Shown here in pieces: positions 10,094-21,315 of a stretch of 64,000 nucleotides of DNA. This DNA is from an uncultured Chloroflexia bacterium. GTDB taxonomy: Bacteria; Chloroflexota; Limnocylindria; Limnocylindrales; CSP1-4. Position 1 is the first letter of the stretch, and each line of letters opens with the position of its first letter. The notes under the pieces were generated by a model. The model saw only the letters and a list, made by a program, of their open reading frames with translations, did not search any database and was not told the DNA's origin. The stretch covers positions 65,269 to 129,268 of the forward strand of contig CAWGEL010000010.1 of assembly GCA_963821595.1 (NCBI GenBank), given 5' to 3'. The translations under genes and the position numbers were made by a program.

Positions 10094-10594
10094 GTGATGC
10101 GGATCTACGAGGGCAGCCCGCGCCAGGACTTCGAGGAGGTGCTCCGCTCGATCGGGGCATTCCTCGACCAGCGCGGCATGCGGGAGGTCCTCCTCGTCGA
10201 GGCTCCCGACGGCTTCATCGTCCAGGGCCTGGTGATGGAGGGTGGAACCCAGGGCTCCTGGTCGGATGCCCTTGGTCGCCAGGTCAAGGAGACGCTCACA
10301 TTCCTCGACGACGACATCGCCCGGTTCATGGACGAGGCGCTGGCCCGCCGCGGCTCAGGCGCACCCGACGTCGACTGGGAGCATGCGGGCTACTATGAAC
10401 GGGCATTCCGCGTGCTCGGGCGATGGATCGACGAGCAGAAGCCGCACGATATCTTCTTCCTGGAGCAGGGAGGCGCGTTCGTCGTCCGGCTCCACGTGGC
10501 CGGGCCGGCCGGCGCCCACCACTCGCTCGCCGAGTTCACCGCCGACGACATTGCCGCAATGGTCACGGCAGGACCCGCCAAGCGCACGGCATAG
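10094..10594 (+). CDS. Hypothetical protein with an internal two-fold duplication
   Basis: GGGAGG RBS then GTGATG. The two halves are similar (EVLRSIGAFLDQRGMREVLLVEAPDGFIVQG versus RAFRVLGRWIDEQKPHDIFFLEQGGAFVVRL). Confidence 0.55.
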   Translation: MMRIYEGSPRQDFEEVLRSIGAFLDQRGMREVLLVEAPDGFIVQGLVMEGGTQGSWSDALGRQVKETLTFLDDDIARFMDEALARRGSGAPDVDWEHAGYYERAFRVLGRWIDEQKPHDIFFLEQGGAFVVRLHVAGPAGAHHSLAEFTADDIAAMVTAGPAKRTA

Positions 10595-10633
10595 TCCGCC
10601 CGGGGAGGCCCGGACGGGAAGGAGGTCAGGCCC

Positions 10634-10789
10634 ATGAAGGCCCTCAAGATCGTGGCCACGGCCCTCGGGGTGACACTGGCCGCCCTGGTCGTGATCCCGC
10701 TCGTCGTCCTGGCCGGGCTCTTCGTCTGGCTGAAGCTCACCGAAGAGAGTGACGAAGAGGCGCTGGAGCTGGAGCAGGAAGGCGCCTGA
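10634..10789 (+). CDS. Small single-TM protein (51 aa), not in the ORF track
   Basis: Hand translation: MKALKIVATALGVTLAALVVIPLVVLAGLFVWLKLTEESDEEALELEQEGA. GGAAGGAGG lies 7 nt upstream. Confidence 0.4.
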   Translation: MKALKIVATALGVTLAALVVIPLVVLAGLFVWLKLTEESDEEALELEQEGA

Positions 10790-10795
10790 TCCGGC

Positions 10796-11866
10796 GTGAT
10801 CCCCGCGCCGATGGCGGCCCCGGCGCCCGAAGCGGCGACCGGGGCCGCGGCGATTCCGGCCGTCTGCGACGCTGACGCCTCCGTGGCGAGCGCCTCCGTG
10901 GCGAGCGCCTCCGTGGCGGGCGATGGTTCGGCGGCGCGCGCCGCCGCCCGCCGCGTCGCGGAAGCGGGCGCTTTGCTCGTGATGGTCGCCTGGGCGGCGA
11001 ACTTCGTCGTCGTGAAGTCCGCCATCGCCAGCGTCCCGCCGGTCGCCTTCGCCCTCCTGCGCTTCGCCCTCGCGGGTGCCGTGCTGCTGGCGGTCACCCG
11101 CCATCGCGAAGGGAGCGTGCGCTGGCCGGCCGGTACCGGGCGGTCCCTGTTCCTGCTGGGCGGGCTGGGCTTCGGCGTCTACCAGATCCTGTGGGCCACC
11201 GGTTTGAAGGTCACGCCGGCAGGGACTTCGTCGCTGCTCATCGCGGCCGGCCCGGTCTTCACCGCCCTGGTGTCGGTCGCGGCGGGACTCGAACGCGCGC
11301 ATGCCGCCCGGTTCATCGGCGCGGCGGTCGCCCTGGCGGGCGTGGCGATGGTCGCGGGCGCCGGTGGCCTGCAGACGGGCAGCGGGATCGGCGAGCTGCT
11401 CACGGTGGCTGCGGCGGCAAGCTGGGGGACCTACCTGGCGCTGTCGGCCGGCCTGCTGCGGACGATGTCCCCGCTTCGGCTGTCGGCCTGGGCGATCCTC
11501 GCCGGCGTGGCCGTGCTCGCGATCCCGGGCCTCGTCCAGCTCGGCGATGCCGGCATGGGCTGGGTTCGTCCGGACGCGCTCCTCGCCCTCGTCTACTCGA
11601 GCCTGGTTGCCGGGGCGCTCTGCAACGTGGTGCTCTACCGGGCGGTCGCCCTCATGGGCGCGTCGCGGATCGCCAACTACCAGTTCCTGGTGCCGGCAAT
11701 GGCCCTGGCGCTGGCGGCCGCCTTCCAGGGCGAGATCGTCCTGCCGGTCCAGGTGGCGGGAGGGATCGCGATCGTGGCCGGGATCGTGGTCGGCCGGCGG
11801 GTGCCGGCCGGTTCCGTCGAGCCCGTTGCGCTGCCCCCCGAATGGCCGCTGCCGGAGATCCCCTGA
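10796..11866 (+). CDS. EamA/DMT-family transporter
   Basis: Ten hydrophobic segments in two EamA-like halves (WAANFVVVK...; SWGTYLAL...). Start is uncertain because the N-terminus contains a 15-nt x3 repeat. Confidence 0.8.
   Translation: MIPAPMAAPAPEAATGAAAIPAVCDADASVASASVASASVAGDGSAARAAARRVAEAGALLVMVAWAANFVVVKSAIASVPPVAFALLRFALAGAVLLAVTRHREGSVRWPAGTGRSLFLLGGLGFGVYQILWATGLKVTPAGTSSLLIAAGPVFTALVSVAAGLERAHAARFIGAAVALAGVAMVAGAGGLQTGSGIGELLTVAAAASWGTYLALSAGLLRTMSPLRLSAWAILAGVAVLAIPGLVQLGDAGMGWVRPDALLALVYSSLVAGALCNVVLYRAVALMGASRIANYQFLVPAMALALAAAFQGEIVLPVQVAGGIAIVAGIVVGRRVPAGSVEPVALPPEWPLPEIP
10877..10921. repeat. 15-nt tandem repeat x3 (GCCTCCGTGGCGAGC) in the 5' region of the EamA ORF
   Basis: Read directly from the sequence. 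Encodes ASVAS ASVAS ASVAG. Confidence 0.9.
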
Positions 11867-12747
11867 TGGCCGACGCCGGGCCGGTGCGGCCTGTGGGGCC
11901 GGGGGAGCTCCCGGTCAGCATCCTGGTCGACTACGACCGGACGATCTCATTCCGCGATGTCGGCGACGACCTGCTGGCGCGTCATGGCCCGCCGGCGGCC
12001 GTGCTGGCGGCGGTGGAGGCCGAGTACGACGCCGGCAGGCGCGGGTCGCGCGAGCTGATCGAATGGAACATGGACACGCTGCCGGTTGACGCCCGGATGC
12101 TGCGGGAGGAGGCGGCCGCCGTCGCCCAGGATCGCGCCTTCCCCGCGTTCGTCGTCCTGGCTCGAGGGGCCGGCGCGCTCGTGGAGGTCGTGAGCGACGG
12201 CCTGGGGTTCTACGTCGCCTCGAACCTCGAGGCGCTGGACCCTGGCCTTGCCGACCTCCCGATCGCGACCACCAGGAACGAGGTCCGCGACGGCCGGGCG
12301 GGCGTGACCTTCCCGTACGGGCATCCCGACTGCGCCGTCTGCGGCACCTGCAAGCGGGAGCGCGTCCGCGCGCACCAGGCGAGTGGCCGCTTCGTCGTCT
12401 TCGTCGGGGACGGGACCAGCGACCGGTACGCGGCGCACCACGCGGATCTCGTGTTCGCCAAGGACAAGCTGCTCGCCTGGATGCGGGCGACCGGGCGACC
12501 CGTCCAACCGTGGCACGGGTTTCTCGAGCTGCAGGCCTGGTTCCGGGCTGCGGCCGGGGACGGGCGGCTGCCTCGCACAGCCGAAGGGGTCGCCGCGCTC
12601 CGTCGCGAGCGGCCCGCACCCGGGTTCATCTGCGGGCCGGAGGTCTGGGGTCCGGGCCGTCTCGTCCCACCCGGCCCGGACGTCAGCGGGCCGGCCCCCA
12701 GCCGTCGAAGCGGGCGAACTCCTCGAACGGGAGCCAGCCGCGCCTGA
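11866..12747 (+). CDS. HAD-IB family phosphatase (MtnX-like)
   Basis: ATG overlaps the EamA stop. DxDxT motif (LVDYDRTIS) and GDGTSD motif. The C-terminal tail is low complexity and overlaps the convergent gene. Confidence 0.7.
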   Translation: MADAGPVRPVGPGELPVSILVDYDRTISFRDVGDDLLARHGPPAAVLAAVEAEYDAGRRGSRELIEWNMDTLPVDARMLREEAAAVAQDRAFPAFVVLARGAGALVEVVSDGLGFYVASNLEALDPGLADLPIATTRNEVRDGRAGVTFPYGHPDCAVCGTCKRERVRAHQASGRFVVFVGDGTSDRYAAHHADLVFAKDKLLAWMRATGRPVQPWHGFLELQAWFRAAAGDGRLPRTAEGVAALRRERPAPGFICGPEVWGPGRLVPPGPDVSGPAPSRRSGRTPRTGASRA

Positions 12748-13282
12748 GCGAGGGCGAGCGCACGTCGGGCAGCGGGCGCCCGACCGGCATCACGCCGATC
12801 GGCACGAACTCGGCGGGGATGCCGAGGATTGCCTGGACCGCGGCCGGATCGTCGAAGCCGGTGAACCCCGAGGCCAGCCCGGCGTCCACCGCCGCCAGCA
12901 TGATGACCATCATCGTCGCGCCCACGTCGACCCACCAGTAGGGGATCGGCCAGACGATCTCCGTGCCGTCGTCCTGGACCTTGTCGGGTTCGCGGTAGCG
13001 CCGGTGATAAACCTCCTCCGAGACACAGGGGACGAACTGCGCCGCGCAGCTCGACACCCATCGATCGTACTCGTCGGCGTCGTCCTCCTCGCCGCAGGCG
13101 GCGGCCACGTGCCGGCGCAGGACCGGGTCGGTCACGACGACCAGGCGCTGGCCCTGCGAGAAGCCGGCCGACGGCGTGCGCTGGGCCAGGCGAGCGATCC
13201 CCTCGATGACCGCCGGATCGACGGCCCCCTCTTCGAACCGGCGCACCGCACGCCGGCGCCGGACCGCTTCCGAGAACTCCAT
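12683..13282 (-). CDS. Nitroreductase-family protein
   Basis: MEFSEAVRRRRAVRRF...SAGFSQGQRLVVV...GIPAEFVPIGVMPVG. ATG 13282 has a GAGGAGG RBS, so it is preferred over the upstream ATG 13303. Confidence 0.8.
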   Translation of the reverse strand: MEFSEAVRRRRAVRRFEEGAVDPAVIEGIARLAQRTPSAGFSQGQRLVVVTDPVLRRHVAAACGEEDDADEYDRWVSSCAAQFVPCVSEEVYHRRYREPDKVQDDGTEIVWPIPYWWVDVGATMMVIMLAAVDAGLASGFTGFDDPAAVQAILGIPAEFVPIGVMPVGRPLPDVRSPSLRRGWLPFEEFARFDGWGPAR

Positions 13283-13452
13283 CGCTGCCTCCTCGAGGTT
13301 CATGCGCCGTCCAATTCCCGGCCCGGCGGATCGTTCGAACGCGTCGCCCCTTCCCCGGCGCCCGGGCGGCCGGCCATGGGGGCGGACGCCCGGCAAACCC
13401 GGGCCCTGGCGTCCCGGTGTGCTGCCAGCCAGCCGTCGTACCCGAACCGTAA

Positions 13453-15240
<1,788 letters not shown>

Positions 15241-15343
15241 CGCCTGCAGGGCGGCACGGCGCCATTCGACCGGAGCCGACGGCCCCGGCGCCTGGGCCGC
15301 GGGCGCCGACCCGCGGCCACCCGTCGCTTCGATCGCGGGCGCC

Positions 15344-15349
15344 TACAAT
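15344..15349 (+). promoter_or_regulatory. Candidate -10 hexamer TACAAT upstream of fsa
   Basis: AT-rich hexamer in a GC-rich intergenic region about 58 nt before the ATG. No convincing -35. Confidence 0.3.
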
Positions 15350-15406
15350 TCGGGTGACCCTGCTCGTTGCGCGCCGCGCGCCGCCATCCCGGAGGCACTC
15401 CCCACC

Positions 15407-16069
15407 ATGAAGCTCTTCCTCGACACCGCCGAGATCGACGACATCCGCACCGGCGTCCGCTGGGGCGTGATCGACGGGGTCACCACCAATCCCACGCTCT
15501 TCGCGAAGGTCGGCGGCTCGTACGACGAGGTTCTCAAGGAGATCTGCAAGATCACGCCGGGCCCGGTCTCCGCCGAGGTCATCGCCGACGACGTCGAGGG
15601 CATGCTCAGCCAGGGCCGCCACTTCGCGAAGCTCGCTCCGAACATCGTGGTGAAGATCCCGATGTGCGAGAACGGCCTGGAGGCGATCAGCCGGCTGGCC
15701 GAAGAGGGCATCAAGACCAACTGCACCCTCATCTTCTCGGCCAACCAGGGCCTGCTCGCGGCGAAGGCCGGGGCCAGCCTCCTGTCACCGTTCGTCGGCC
15801 GCCTCGACGACATCAACGAGGAAGGCATGACGGTGATCCGCGAGCTCGCGGACATCATCAACCTCCACGAGTTCGAGAGCGAAGTCCTGATGGCTTCGGT
15901 CCGCCATCCTCGCCATGTGACCGATGCCGCCCTTGCCGGCGCCCACGTGGCGACGATCCCGTTCAAGGTCCTCAAGCAGATGATCCATCATCCGCTGACG
16001 GACTCGGGCATCGTCCAGTTCAAGGCCGACTGGGCCAAGGCCACGGCGGAGGCCGCGACGCGGAAGTAG
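15407..16069 (+). CDS. fsa: Fructose-6-phosphate aldolase / short (type 3B) transaldolase
   Basis: MKLFLDTAEIDDIR...GVTTNPTL...VKIPM...SPFVGRLDD: collinear with short transaldolases such as B. subtilis YwjH. Confidence 0.9.
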   Translation: MKLFLDTAEIDDIRTGVRWGVIDGVTTNPTLFAKVGGSYDEVLKEICKITPGPVSAEVIADDVEGMLSQGRHFAKLAPNIVVKIPMCENGLEAISRLAEEGIKTNCTLIFSANQGLLAAKAGASLLSPFVGRLDDINEEGMTVIRELADIINLHEFESEVLMASVRHPRHVTDAALAGAHVATIPFKVLKQMIHHPLTDSGIVQFKADWAKATAEAATRK

Positions 16070-16494
16070 GCGTGCGGAGGGTCGAGTCCGCGGTCGGGCA
16101 CCCGGGCGGTCGGGCGCCCGCCTTCGTCGCCAGCATCCCGAGCCCGTCCTCCATGGGCGGACGGAATCCGGGTGTCACGCCTGGGTGATCCGCTCTGACG
16201 CGATGGGCGCGGATCCTCTGCGCGCGAATCGCCGCATTCGTCCTCGGTGGGCGGACGGCCCCTCGAGGGGCGCCGCGCCTCGACCCGCCCGGCCACCTCA
16301 ACCCGCCTCGCCGCTGCCGCGTCGTTGATCGCGAGCTCGCCCGCGAGCACGTGGGTCAGGACGGTGAGGCGCTGTTGTGCATGGGCGTCCAACATGATCG
16401 TCTCCCTGGGTGCCATGGACCCGAGGGTGACAAAGTCGCTGTCCTCTTCGCGGGACAGAATCGCTGGCCGTTGACACACTCCCGTTGACACCCG

Positions 16495-16523
16495 TTGACG
16501 GCCCCCTGCGGGCCGCGTATCCT
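16495..16523 (+). promoter_or_regulatory. Candidate sigma-70-type promoter for rho (TTGACG-17 nt-TATCCT)
   Basis: Read directly from the sequence. It is the third copy of a CCGTTGAC direct repeat (16468, 16482, 16492). About 105 nt upstream of the rho ATG. Confidence 0.4.
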
Positions 16524-16629
16524 CCAAGCACCCCAACCGCCTCGCTGCGCGCCAACGCGTCCGCGCGAGTGCGGCCACCCCGCGACCGGCGCTTCCGGTC
16601 GACCCCTCCCGCAGGTGACCAGCATCTCC

Positions 16630-18012
16630 ATGCCGAACGGCCCCGAACAGCAGCGCATCCGTAACCGGCGCCCACGACGACGCCCGCAGGGCCAGCGACC
16701 CGGCGGCTTCCCGGAGTACGACGAGACGAACGGCCAGGAAGAAGGCCCCGAGATCGGGGCCGCCGAGCTCCGCGGCATGAGCACGGCCGAGTTGCGCGCA
16801 ACGGCCGTCGAGCTCGAGATCGAGCCGGCCGCGGCCGACCGTCCTGACGAGCTGGTCGACCGGATTCTGCAGCGCCAGTCGGAGCGGCTTGGCCAGGCCT
16901 ACGCGACCGGGATCCTCGACATCGTCGAGGAGGGGTACGGATTCCTCCGCCGGCACGGCCTGATGCCGGGGCCGGAGGACGTCTACGTCAGCTCCAGCCA
17001 GGTGCGCCGCAGCGGCCTCCGCATCGGCGACCGCGTGTCAGGCACGGTAAGAGCTCCGCGCGAGGGCGAGAAGTACTGGGGGCTCCTCCGGGTTGACGGC
17101 GTCAACGGCGTCGACGCCGACACCGCCCGTCGCCGGCCGCACTTCGGCGACCTCACGCCGGTCCACCCCAACCAGCTGATCAACCTCGAGTCGGATCCGA
17201 AGAACCTCAGCCAGCGGCTGGTCAACCTCGTCAACCCGATCGGCAAGGGCCAGCGAGCGCTGATCGTGAGCCCGCCGAAGGCCGGCAAGACGATGCTCCT
17301 CAAGAACATCGCCAACGGGATCACCGCGAACTACCCCGAGATCCTCCTCATGGTCGCCCTCATCGGAGAGCGGCCGGAGGAGGTCACCGACATGCGGCGG
17401 TCGGTCCAGGGCGAGGTGATCAGCTCGACGTTCGACGAGCCGACCGAGAACCACACCCACGTCGCCGAGATGGCCCTGGAGATCGCGAAGCGCCAGGTCG
17501 AGACGGGACGGGACGTCGTGATCCTGCTCGACTCCATCACCCGCCTCGCGCGCGCCTACAACCTCGCCCTGCCGCCGTCCGGCCGCACCCTGTCGGGCGG
17601 CATCGACCCGATCGCCCTCTACCCGCCCAAGCGGTTCTTCGGGGCCGCCCGCAAGATCGAGGAAGGCGGCTCGCTCACGATCATCGGCACGTGCCTCGTC
17701 GACACCGGGTCGCGAATGGACGACGTGATCTACGAGGAGTTCAAGGGCACCGGCAACAGCGAGCTCATCCTCGACCGCAAGCTGTCCGAGAAGCGCATCT
17801 ACCCGTCCATCGACGTCCAGCGGTCCGGCACCCGCCGCGAGGAGCTGCTGCTCGAGGAGCCCACCCTCAAGATGGTCTGGACCATGCGCCGGATGCTGTC
17901 CGCCGTCGGCACGAACGAAGGGATCGAGCTGCTCCTGAACCGGCTCGCGAAGTCGGACACGAACGCCCAGTTCCTCGCCCAGCTCCAGCGGAGCGCCGAA
18001 GCGTCGGCCTGA
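16630..18012 (+). CDS. rho: Transcription termination factor Rho
   Basis: Arg-rich N-terminal insert, RNA-binding domain ([14 protein letters not shown]), Walker A (PPKAGKT), and conservation along the full length. Confidence 0.95.
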   Translation: MPNGPEQQRIRNRRPRRRPQGQRPGGFPEYDETNGQEEGPEIGAAELRGMSTAELRATAVELEIEPAAADRPDELVDRILQRQSERLGQAYATGILDIVEEGYGFLRRHGLMPGPEDVYVSSSQVRRSGLRIGDRVSGTVRAPREGEKYWGLLRVDGVNGVDADTARRRPHFGDLTPVHPNQLINLESDPKNLSQRLVNLVNPIGKGQRALIVSPPKAGKTMLLKNIANGITANYPEILLMVALIGERPEEVTDMRRSVQGEVISSTFDEPTENHTHVAEMALEIAKRQVETGRDVVILLDSITRLARAYNLALPPSGRTLSGGIDPIALYPPKRFFGAARKIEEGGSLTIIGTCLVDTGSRMDDVIYEEFKGTGNSELILDRKLSEKRIYPSIDVQRSGTRREELLLEEPTLKMVWTMRRMLSAVGTNEGIELLLNRLAKSDTNAQFLAQLQRSAEASA

Positions 18013-18150
18013 GCATCGACCCGCCGGTCGGCCCGCCGGTCGACCCGCCCGTCGGCCTGAGCATCGACCCGCCGGTCGGCCCGCCGGTCGACCCGCCCGT
18101 CGGCCTGAGCATCGACCCGCCGGTCGGCGCGGCGGTCGACCCGCCGGTTG
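18004..18150. repeat. 48-nt tandem repeat, about 3 copies, starting on the rho stop codon
   Basis: TCGGCCTGAGCATCGACCCGCCGGTCGGCCCGCCGGTCGACCCGCCCG at 18004, 18052 and 18100 (third copy diverged). The rho TGA is at 18010-18012, inside copy 1. Confidence 0.9.
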
Positions 18151-18736
18151 GCGCGGTGGGACCTGGACGGTGAGGTCCCCCGGCCGTCGTTGCGGGCCGT
18201 CGGCGCGGGCGCAGCCGGTCGCATGGGGGCTGCGGTTCGCTCCGTAACATTGCATCCGCGTCGCTCGTCTGCTACGGTTTCGCCGAAACACGACCCCGGG
18301 GCCCGGGCAGGGGAGACGGGCCAGGCCCCGCGCCGTATGGGAGACCCCAGCTCCATACCGCGTCAACGGACGGCAGCGATCTTCTCGAACCGCTGACCAA
18401 CCGCGCCTGCCGCCGTCCATCCGCCAGGAGACCGTATTGCTGAAGGCGACGGTCACCGTGCGCCGCGTTCTGTCGCGAACTCACGGTGACGGCACCGACC
18501 CGGTGAACCCGGTCACGACAAGGCGCCCATCCGCGGCCCGCCACGCGAGCGCCACGGTCCATCCACCCCACCTGCACGCCGAACGGGCCCTGCCGGCAGA
18601 CACCGACGTTGCCGCAGGCGATCGAGGCGCCCGGGTAAACCGCGTCACGCTGAGACCGGGCTGGCGCCCGGCCGAGCTTCCGTCCCGCCTCGTCGACGAC
18701 GGCCCCGTGGCCGTCTTCAGCCCGGCCGCCCGTCGC

Positions 18737-19945
18737 GTGCGCCGACTGGGCGTGCGCGCATTCCACAACCGCTGGACGATCGGCCGGCCCGAGCGCGCCG
18801 AGCGCCTCGTACCCCTCCTGGTCGCCGTCTTCCTGCTGGTCGCCGCCATCACCGCGGCGCCCGGCCTGGTCAGCCAGGCAACGGGGGCCACCAGCAACTC
18901 AGCCTCGACCATGCGCATCATCGTCGGCGGTCCAGCCGGCCCCAACGGCGAGGCGCCCTCGTCTGTCGTTGACCCCGGTGTCGCCGCGGCCTCGGCAAGC
19001 CCGGACCCGTCGGGCGGGACCGATGGGGCGAGCCCCCAGGATGCGGCCGCCACGGCCGCCCAGGCGGTCCAGGTCGACGGGCAGTTCACGACCGACGGCA
19101 CGCTCCTCAAGCCGGTCGTCGTCGACCCGACGGTCGCGGACGGCCGCGATCAGCTGCGCTACTACACCGTCAAGAGCGGGGACACGCTCGGCGCGATCGC
19201 GGCCCGCTACAACATCTCGGTGACCACGATCTGGAACGCCAACCGCATCGGCGGCATCACCAGCCTCCACGTCGGCCAGGAGTTGATGATCCCGCCGGTC
19301 AACGGCAAGGTCATCACGGTCCAGGCTGGCGACACGCTCGAAAGCGTGGCCGCAGCCAATCGCGTCGACTCGCAGGCCATCCTGAGCTTCAACAACCTCA
19401 CCGACCCGACGCTGATCATCGGCCAGGTGCTCATCCTGCCCGGCGCCAAGCTGGCGGCCGTCCCCACGCCGAAGCCCACGGCGACGCCTGCACCGGTCGC
19501 GAAGGTGGTCCGCCGCACGTCCTCGAGCGGAGGCGGCACGCGCACCGCCACTCCGCCGGCCAGGTACAGCGGGGGACGCCTGCTGTGGCCGGTGCCCGGC
19601 GGCTACATCAGCCAGTACTTCCACTACGGGCATCCGGCCATCGACATCGCCGCCCCGATGGGGACCGCCATCCGCGCGGCCGGCTCCGGCGTCGTGACGT
19701 ATGCCGGGTGGAAGAGCAACGGCGGCGGCTACCAGGTGTGGATCGCCCACGGCAGCAACCTGTACACGACCTACAACCACATGTCGTCGGTGGCGGTGTC
19801 CGTGGGCCAGCACGTCGGCGCTGGCACCTTCATCGGCCGCGTGGGGATGACCGGCAACGCGACCGGCCCGCACTGCCACTTCGAGGTCTGGATCGGCCCG
19901 ATCTGGGACGGCGGCGTTCGCGTCAACCCGCTCGGCTACCTCTAG
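18737..19945 (+). CDS. LysM-domain M23 family peptidoglycan endopeptidase
   Basis: TM anchor, two LysM repeats (YTVKSGDTLGAIAARY..., ITVQAGDTLESVAAAN...), and M23 motifs (HPAIDI, HCHFEV). Start is uncertain (the ORF opens at 18437). Confidence 0.85.
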   Translation: MRRLGVRAFHNRWTIGRPERAERLVPLLVAVFLLVAAITAAPGLVSQATGATSNSASTMRIIVGGPAGPNGEAPSSVVDPGVAAASASPDPSGGTDGASPQDAAATAAQAVQVDGQFTTDGTLLKPVVVDPTVADGRDQLRYYTVKSGDTLGAIAARYNISVTTIWNANRIGGITSLHVGQELMIPPVNGKVITVQAGDTLESVAAANRVDSQAILSFNNLTDPTLIIGQVLILPGAKLAAVPTPKPTATPAPVAKVVRRTSSSGGGTRTATPPARYSGGRLLWPVPGGYISQYFHYGHPAIDIAAPMGTAIRAAGSGVVTYAGWKSNGGGYQVWIAHGSNLYTTYNHMSSVAVSVGQHVGAGTFIGRVGMTGNATGPHCHFEVWIGPIWDGGVRVNPLGYL

Positions 19946-20019
19946 GCCCAGCCTCCGCCGGTCCGCCCGCGCCTCCCGGCCGGGCGATCCGCGGCAGTGC
20001 GCATGCGACAATCGACCTG

Positions 20020-21315
20020 ATGTTCCTCGATTCCGTCCGCATCTGGGTTCGCGCCGGCGACGGGGGCGACGGCGCAGCGACGTTCCGGCGCGAGGCGCAC
20101 GTGCCCCGTGGCGGTCCCGACGGCGGCGACGGTGGCCGCGGTGGCTCCGTGATCTTCCGCGTCGATCCAGGTCAGACGACCCTGCGAGACTTCCGCTATC
20201 GCCACCGGTTCAAGGCCGAGCCGGGCGGCCGGGGGACCGGCGCGCGGCGCCACGGCAAGTCCGGCGGAGACCTGGCCGTCGACGTGCCGCCCGGTACGGG
20301 GGTCCTGGACGACGCCGGCGATCTCGTCGCCGACCTCGTCGCGACGGGCCAGGAGGTCGTCGTGGCCCGGGGCGGGCGCGGCGGCCTCGGCAATACCCAC
20401 TTCGCAACATCGACCCACCAGAGCCCCCATCACGCCCAGAAGGGGGAGCCCGGCGAAGAGCGCTCGCTCCGCCTGGAGCTCCGGCTCATCGCCGACATCG
20501 GCCTGGTCGGGTTGCCGAACGCGGGCAAGTCGACGTTGCTCGCCGCCCTCACGGCGGCCCGGCCCAGGATCGCCGCCTATCCGTTCACGACGCTGGAGCC
20601 GAACCTCGGCGTCATGGAGCTGGCCGACGGCGACGAACGGCGGCCAACCATCGCCGACGTTCCCGGGCTCATCGAGGGTGCGTCGAGCGGCGCCGGGCTG
20701 GGTCATGCCTTCCTCCGCCACGTGGAGCGCACGCGGATCCTGGTCCACGTCGTCGACGGTTCGGCCCGCGACCCGGAGCGGGACTACGCGACCATCCGCG
20801 ACGAGCTCGGCCTCCATGACCCGGAGCTGCTCGAGAAGCCGCTCCTCGTCGCGTTCAACAAGATGGACCTGGCCGAGGGGCGCGAGGCGTGGCCGGCCTT
20901 CGCGGCCGCACGCGCCCGGGACGGAGCCCAGGTCCTCGCGATCTCCGCCGAGACCGGGGACGGGGTCGAGCGCGCGCGGGCCGCGCTTGGTCGGCTCCTG
21001 CCCGACGCAGCCACGCTGGCCGCTTCGCCCGAGCCGTCCGGCGAGGTCGTCCATCGCCTCGACGGTGCGGGTGACGCGTTCACGCTCGAGCGCGAAGCGG
21101 ACGGCTTCCGCGTTCGCGGCCGGCGCGTGGAGCGGGTGGCCGCCCAGACGAACTTCGACGTCGAGGAGTCGGCCGAGCGCTTCCAGCGGGACCTGGTCCG
21201 GTTCGGGATCGACGACGCCCTGCGCCGGGCCGGTGTCGCGCCCGGGGACACCGTCCGCATCGGCGAGACCGAGTACGAGTGGGGTCCGGACGCGTGGGAC
21301 GGCGACGAGGGGTGA
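20020..21315 (+). CDS. obg: GTPase Obg
   Basis: MFLDSVRIWVRAGDGGDG... Gly-rich Obg fold, G1 motif GLPNAGKST, C-terminal OCT-like domain. Confidence 0.95.
   Translation: MFLDSVRIWVRAGDGGDGAATFRREAHVPRGGPDGGDGGRGGSVIFRVDPGQTTLRDFRYRHRFKAEPGGRGTGARRHGKSGGDLAVDVPPGTGVLDDAGDLVADLVATGQEVVVARGGRGGLGNTHFATSTHQSPHHAQKGEPGEERSLRLELRLIADIGLVGLPNAGKSTLLAALTAARPRIAAYPFTTLEPNLGVMELADGDERRPTIADVPGLIEGASSGAGLGHAFLRHVERTRILVHVVDGSARDPERDYATIRDELGLHDPELLEKPLLVAFNKMDLAEGREAWPAFAAARARDGAQVLAISAETGDGVERARAALGRLLPDAATLAASPEPSGEVVHRLDGAGDAFTLEREADGFRVRGRRVERVAAQTNFDVEESAERFQRDLVRFGIDDALRRAGVAPGDTVRIGETEYEWGPDAWDGDEG

Noticed and set aside
16290-16410. Minus-strand peptide MLDAHAQQRLTVLTHVLAGELAINDAAAA, resembling the N-terminal HTH of IS481/ISNCY-type transposases (a possible IS remnant)
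   Set aside because: The similarity covers only about 28 residues and is from memory. Nonsense sequence follows. There are no inverted repeats, no catalytic domain and no target duplication.
18004-18150. CRISPR arrays (also considered for 36830-36963 and 60022-60126)
   Set aside because: All three are head-to-tail tandem repeats without unique spacers. The units are 48, 19 and 13 nt, and no cas genes are present.
17691-18173. ORF with [13 protein letters not shown] repeats overlapping the rho 3' end
   Set aside because: It is out of frame with the unambiguous rho gene for most of its length. The repeats are simply the translation of the 48-nt intergenic array.
18151-18736. Calling a cyclic-di-AMP (ydaO) riboswitch upstream of the LysM-M23 gene
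   Set aside because: The context fits, but I could not find the conserved ydaO core sequences by eye. It is kept only as an unexplained long leader pending a covariance-model search.
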